From assembly GCA_021806135.1 (NCBI GenBank), contig JAJZYB010000007.1, positions 217 through 64,216 of the forward strand: a DNA stretch of 64,000 nucleotides, written 5' to 3'. This document shows positions 59,779 to 64,000 of the stretch, piece after piece; the first letter of the stretch is position 1, and each line of letters opens with the position of its first letter. Below the pieces are notes generated by a model. The model worked only from the letters and a program-made list of their open reading frames with translations, was not told where the DNA came from and ran no database searches. The DNA comes from Thermoplasmata archaeon (GTDB taxonomy: Archaea; Thermoplasmatota; Thermoplasmata; Lutacidiplasmatales; UBA184). The position numbers were made by a program, and so were the translations under genes.

Positions 59779-61179
59779 TTGCCGGGGCCCTGTAGGGTAG
59801 CCCGGCGCCATGCAACGAGGAAACAGAACATGAACGTAGACCCCAATGCGACGAAATACATGATCCGCGCCCGGATCTCCGCCGACGGTGTCATCGAGAA
59901 ACCCGACGTGGTCGGGGCGGTCTTTGGCCAGACGGAAGGGCTGCTCGGCGACGAACTGGACCTGAGGGACCTTCAGAAGAGCGGCCGGGTGGGCCGGATC
60001 GAGGTGGAGATCGACTCGAAGAAAGGGAAGAGCGAGGGCGAGGTGCTCATTCCCTCCTCCCTGGACCAGGTGGAGACCGCCATCCTCGCGAGCGGCCTCG
60101 AGACCGTGGACCGGATCGGGCCATGCAAGGCCCGGATCGAGGTGGTCACGGTGGAGGACGTCCGGACCGCGAAGCGGGCCCGGATCGTGGACCGGGCCAA
60201 GGGCATCCTGAACAAGATGATGACCGAATCCAAGGACGTGGGGGCCGACCTGGCGGATGAGGTCCGCAAGTCTGTCCAGGTGGAGGAGATCACCTCCTAC
60301 GGCCGGGAGCGTCTGCCGGCCGGGCCGAACGTGGACGCCTCCGACGCCATCATCGTGGTGGAGGGCCGCTCCGACGTGCTGAACCTCCTAAGCTGTGGGA
60401 TCAAGAACGTCATCGCCGTGGAGGGGACCTCGGTCCCGGAGACGGTCCGGGAGCTCTCCCGGGGGAAGACCGTGACGGCCTTCACCGACGGGGACCGCTC
60501 GGGGGAGCTCATCCTGAGGGAGATGCTCCAGACCATGGATGTCGACTTCGTGGCCCGGGCGCCCCGGGGGACGGAGGTGGAGGACCTCACCCAGAAGCAG
60601 ATCATGAAGTGCCTGCGGAACAAGATCCCCATCAACCAGTACCTGGAGATGACGGGCTTCGAGGCCACCGGCGCTTCCCGTGGTCCTATGGACGAGCGCG
60701 GGGGACCCGGGAGTCCCCGGGAAGGGAGCGGAGGGGGCCGGCCGGACCGACAGGGTCTCTCCCCACCCCGCCGGGAGGCCCCGGAGCCTGGAGTCCCGGC
60801 GCCGAGCCGGCTGCCTCCCGCCCCGCCGAGGCCCGTGGAGGCCCCGCGTCCTCCGCCGCCCCCAGCCCCCGTGGACCCCCGTCTGGCCCGGTTCTTCGCG
60901 GACCTGAACGCCCTGGAGAACCCCTCCCGGGCGCGGTTCCTCGGGGATGGGGACAACATCCTGACCGAGATCCCCGCCAAGGACGTGGTGGAGAACCTCG
61001 TCAAGAGCGAGGGAGGCATCAAGACCCTCATCTTCGATGGGGTCGTGAGCCAGCGCCTCCTGGACGTGGCCCAAGAGAAGGGCATCCAGGAAGTGGTGGC
61101 GGTCCGTTTGGGCGCCATCGGGAAGATGCCCGAAGGCATCCGGGTGTACACCCGGGCGGATCTGGAAGCCCCGGCCTAG
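59779..61179 (+). CDS. dnaG: archaeal DnaG-type primase / exosome-associated Toprim protein
   Basis: MNVDPNATKYMIRARISADGVIEKPDVVGAVFGQTEGLL N-terminus and Toprim motif IIVVEGRSDVLNL...AFTDGDRSG typical of archaeal DnaG. Pro-rich insertion before the C-terminal domain. Confidence 0.85.
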   Translation: MPGPCRVARRHATRKQNMNVDPNATKYMIRARISADGVIEKPDVVGAVFGQTEGLLGDELDLRDLQKSGRVGRIEVEIDSKKGKSEGEVLIPSSLDQVETAILASGLETVDRIGPCKARIEVVTVEDVRTAKRARIVDRAKGILNKMMTESKDVGADLADEVRKSVQVEEITSYGRERLPAGPNVDASDAIIVVEGRSDVLNLLSCGIKNVIAVEGTSVPETVRELSRGKTVTAFTDGDRSGELILREMLQTMDVDFVARAPRGTEVEDLTQKQIMKCLRNKIPINQYLEMTGFEATGASRGPMDERGGPGSPREGSGGGRPDRQGLSPPRREAPEPGVPAPSRLPPAPPRPVEAPRPPPPPAPVDPRLARFFADLNALENPSRARFLGDGDNILTEIPAKDVVENLVKSEGGIKTLIFDGVVSQRLLDVAQEKGIQEVVAVRLGAIGKMPEGIRVYTRADLEAPA

Positions 61180-61222
61180 GGATCCAGCCCGTTCGGGGAG
61201 CTTTCCCGGGGAGGCGAGGAGC

Positions 61223-62785
61223 GTGAACGGCGCGTCCGGTTCCGGTCGGGGGAGGGGGGCTACCCTCTCCCTGGAGGAGATCTCCAGCACGCTGGAAGTG
61301 CCGATCCCGTCCGACCCTCTGGAGCGGGTGATCGGCCAGGACCGGGCGGTGGAGCTCGCCCGGATCGCGGCGTATCAGCGTCGGCACCTCCTCTTGGTGG
61401 GCCCCCCCGGTATCGGCAAGTCCATGACCGCCCAGGCGCTCGCGCTCCACCTCCCTCGCCCGAAGCAGGAGCTCCGGGTGGTGCACAATCCGGAGAACCC
61501 CGAGCGCCCCACCATTGAGGTGGTGACCCGGGATGACGTGGTCGCGGAGCGGGAGCGGGCCCGGGGGGTGGAAGGGGAGCTCCATCGGCCCCAGGACGTG
61601 CCGAACACGGTGGCGGAGCGGCTGGGGTACCGGTGCCCCCGGTGCGGTTTCTACTCGTTGCCCAGCGAGCGGCAGTGTCCGAGCTGCGGGAACATGAAGC
61701 AGATCCTCCCGAGCTCTACGGGCTCGTCGGGGAACCCCTTCCGGGACCTGGTGGGGGGGATCTTGGAGGTCACGGTGGGAGGAGCGGGAGGCCTGTCGGA
61801 GGCCGTGCGGACCACCCGGCTGAAGAACGGGGTGGAGGAGGTGGTGGCGTACGAGCGAGCGGGGGAGATGATCAAGTTGCTCGACCAGCCCGCGCTTGAA
61901 CGGCGGCGGCAGTTGCAGCGGGAGACGCCGTACAAGGTGCTGGTGAAGATCGATCGGAACCCGTTCGTGATGTGCACGGGGGCGAGCGAGACCGAGCTGT
62001 TGGGGGACGTCCGGCACGACCCGTATGGCGGGCATCCGCAGTTGGGATCCCTTCCGTACGACCGGGTGATACCGGGGTCGATCCATGAGGCGCACGAAGG
62101 GGTGCTCTTCATCGACGAGCTTCCGCACCTCGGGCCGTTGCAGCGGTTCATCCTCACGGCCATGCAGGAGCGGCGGTTCCCGATCTCGGGGCGGAACCCG
62201 CAGAGCGGGGGGGCGTCGGTCCGGGTGGATGCGGTGCCGTGCGACTTCATCCTGGTGGCGGCCTGCAACATCCAAGACGTGAACCGGATCCTGGCGCCGT
62301 TGAGATCGCGGATCGCCGGTGGGGGGTACGAGACGTTGCTGGAGACGGCGATGCCGGACACGGAGGGGAACCGCCGGAAGCTGGTCCAGTTCTGTGCGCA
62401 GGAGATCGCGGTGGATGGCCGGATCCCGCCAGCCTCCCGAGGGGCGTTGGAGGAGTTCATCCTGGAGGCCCGGCGGCGGGCGGAGCGGACGGACGGGCAG
62501 CGGAACGCGCTCACGCTGCGGTTGAGGGAGATGGGGGGGCTGCTCCGGGCGGCCGGGGACCTCGCCACGGTGGAGCACGCGGAGATGATCGAGGCGGCGC
62601 ACCTGAGGGAAGCGATCCGGCGGGGGCGGCCGATCGAGGAGCAGATCCGGAGCCGGTATGGGTCGTTGGCCGGCGGGATACGGTCGGACTCCACGGAGTC
62701 GCAGCGCGAGGGCATGGGGTATTACTACTGGAACCACCAGGAGGAGACGCCTCCGGGGGGCCCAGGGCCGTCGGGGTATGGCTGA
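61223..62785 (+). CDS. LonB-like AAA+ ATPase without recognisable S16 protease domain, with inserted zinc ribbon
   Basis: N-terminus VIGQDRAVELARIAAYQRRHLLLVGPPGIGKSM resembles archaeal LonB. Walker B VLFIDEL, sensor and arginine finger are present. There is a CPRCGFYSLPSERQCPSCG insert, no TM insertion and no Ser-Lys protease module. Confidence 0.65.
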   Translation: MNGASGSGRGRGATLSLEEISSTLEVPIPSDPLERVIGQDRAVELARIAAYQRRHLLLVGPPGIGKSMTAQALALHLPRPKQELRVVHNPENPERPTIEVVTRDDVVAERERARGVEGELHRPQDVPNTVAERLGYRCPRCGFYSLPSERQCPSCGNMKQILPSSTGSSGNPFRDLVGGILEVTVGGAGGLSEAVRTTRLKNGVEEVVAYERAGEMIKLLDQPALERRRQLQRETPYKVLVKIDRNPFVMCTGASETELLGDVRHDPYGGHPQLGSLPYDRVIPGSIHEAHEGVLFIDELPHLGPLQRFILTAMQERRFPISGRNPQSGGASVRVDAVPCDFILVAACNIQDVNRILAPLRSRIAGGGYETLLETAMPDTEGNRRKLVQFCAQEIAVDGRIPPASRGALEEFILEARRRAERTDGQRNALTLRLREMGGLLRAAGDLATVEHAEMIEAAHLREAIRRGRPIEEQIRSRYGSLAGGIRSDSTESQREGMGYYYWNHQEETPPGGPGPSGYG

Positions 62786-62840
62786 GGGGGTTCGGCCCTT
62801 CCGCTACCCTTAAGGCGGCCTTCCGGGTGGGCCGCGGGGC

Positions 62841-62913
62841 GGGCGCGTGGTCTAGTGGTTATGACGTCTCCCTGACACGGAGGAGGTCCCCAGTTCGAAT
62901 CTGGGCGCGCCCA
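62841..62913 (+). tRNA. tRNA-Val (anticodon GAC)
   Basis: Cloverleaf folded by hand: acceptor GGGCGCG/CGCGCCC, anticodon stem TCTCC/GGAGG with loop CTGACAC, T-stem CCCAG/CTGGG with loop TTCGAAT, discriminator A. No encoded CCA. Confidence 0.85.
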
Positions 62914-63360
62914 CTGCGCTTTTCAAGAGCCATCGTGATTCATCGGCTTGCGCCCTCGAGACTTGATCCCACGGCGGACAAGTCTTGCGGACCCGGACAA
63001 TCCATTTCGCGGCTCGGGTCAAACGCGCCCCTACAACCCGACCAGGGCGTGCTGGAGGACGGATTACCGGAGCTCTTCCAGGGAGCGCCAGAACTCCACA
63101 TGCTCCGCCTTCCTCGCTAGCGACTTCAGATAGCGGGTCCGCTTCCCCCTGATGATGACGTCGTACGAATCTTCATGCGATTGGCTGGCAACGCGACGTG
63201 AATCGCGTCCGCCCCTTCCCAGTTGCCCTTCTACGAGATCGGGGAACGCGGTCACGGCGTCGGCGACCTCGAAGGCGCGGGGCCGCTCCGATGAACGCCG
63301 TCGGATAGATTCACCCCAGAGCCTGGTTCTCCTCGTCCGACCTCGAGGGAGGGATGCACG

Positions 63361-64000
63361 ATGAGGTTCACCGTGCTTGGTAGCAGCGGCGCCTGGCCCA
63401 CGGCCGGACGAGCGTGCAGTGGCTTTCTGCTCGAATCAGCCGGCACGTTCGTTGTCCTCGACCTCGGATTCGGAGTGTTGTCCCGACTTCTCGGGCACTG
63501 CGGTGCCGAGGATGTCCGCGCGGTTTTCGTCACGCACGCGCACGCGGACCACTGCGTCGACCTCTACGGCCTCAACCGGGCTCGGGCCTTGCCACGCCCG
63601 CCCTTCCCGCCACTCCCGATCTATGCCCTCCCCGAGGTAATGGACCGAGTGGGCAGCCTCGACGGACTCGAGGAGCGCGACCGGCTGAAGCGAGAGTGTG
63701 AATTCCACCCGATAGGTCCCGACCAATCGATGGACGTCGGACCGTTCCGGGTCCGGACGTTCGGGCTACCTCACTTCGTCCCCAACCTCGGTTTCCGCAT
63801 CGAGGCCGACGGTATTGTGATCGCGTACACGGGCGACACCGGACCGACTCCTCGAGTCGCGGAGCTCGCGCGCGGAACCGACCTGTTCGTGTGTGAGGCG
63901 ACCCACCAGGAGGTGCCGCCCGAAGGCACGAATCGGTTCCTCCTCACAGCGGCCGAGGCCGGGCGGTACGCGCGCGAAGCCGGCGTGGCCCGGCTGATGC
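63361..64000 (+). CDS. MBL-fold metallo-hydrolase (truncated by window end)
   Basis: MRFTVLGSSGAWP...VFVTHAHADHCVDL metallo-beta-lactamase His motif. Codon usage is more AT-rich than the rest of the window. Confidence 0.7.
   Translation, partial: MRFTVLGSSGAWPTAGRACSGFLLESAGTFVVLDLGFGVLSRLLGHCGAEDVRAVFVTHAHADHCVDLYGLNRARALPRPPFPPLPIYALPEVMDRVGSLDGLEERDRLKRECEFHPIGPDQSMDVGPFRVRTFGLPHFVPNLGFRIEADGIVIAYTGDTGPTPRVAELARGTDLFVCEATHQEVPPEGTNRFLLTAAEAGRYAREAGVARLM

Noticed and set aside
63064-63255. 63-aa minus-strand ORF just after the tRNA (possible small regulator of an integrated element)
   Set aside because: No recognisable fold or motif. Too short and too compositionally odd to call without homology support.

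Overview
This is a high-GC (about 70%) archaeal chromosomal segment. Archaeal hallmarks are a PolD small subunit (DP1), an archaeal-type DnaG, a LonB-like AAA+ ATPase, Tat genes, sulfocyanin-like cupredoxins, AbrB-PhoU and Bat-type HTH_10 regulators, and many N-glycosylation sequons. Gene density is high, with about 60 CDS, one tRNA-Val(GAC) and no CRISPR array or obvious transposase. The centre of the window (about 25.9-37.6 kb) is a large aerobic respiratory cluster. One minus-strand operon runs tatA, a Tat-substrate Cys4 protein, tatC, tatB-like, Rieske, cytochrome b, an N-terminally extended CoxI, ctaA and ctaB. It is flanked by a second AbrB-PhoU regulator, a sulfocyanin-like blue copper protein, coxII and a tandem-cupredoxin protein. 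A recurrent palindromic motif (GTTCGTAC / GTACGAAC) sits 40-80 bp upstream of several of these genes, and I propose it as a candidate operator of an uncharacterised copper/respiration regulon, possibly bound by the adjacent AbrB-PhoU proteins. Other notable content is a phosphoketolase-acetate kinase operon (rare in archaea), a lower-GC katG island with long noncoding flanks, and a PntAB transhydrogenase. There are also TCA and glycolysis genes (citrate synthase, mdh, pgk), GDP-heptose-type sugar activation genes, and an XPD helicase. Further items are a triple MJ0042-type zinc-ribbon protein with an RGG tail, a decayed duplicate of the HTH_10 regulator, candidate structured RNAs in two long intergenic regions, and a composition shift after the tRNA-Val. 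All calls are from reading the translated ORFs and the nucleotide sequence by eye, and no database search was run.
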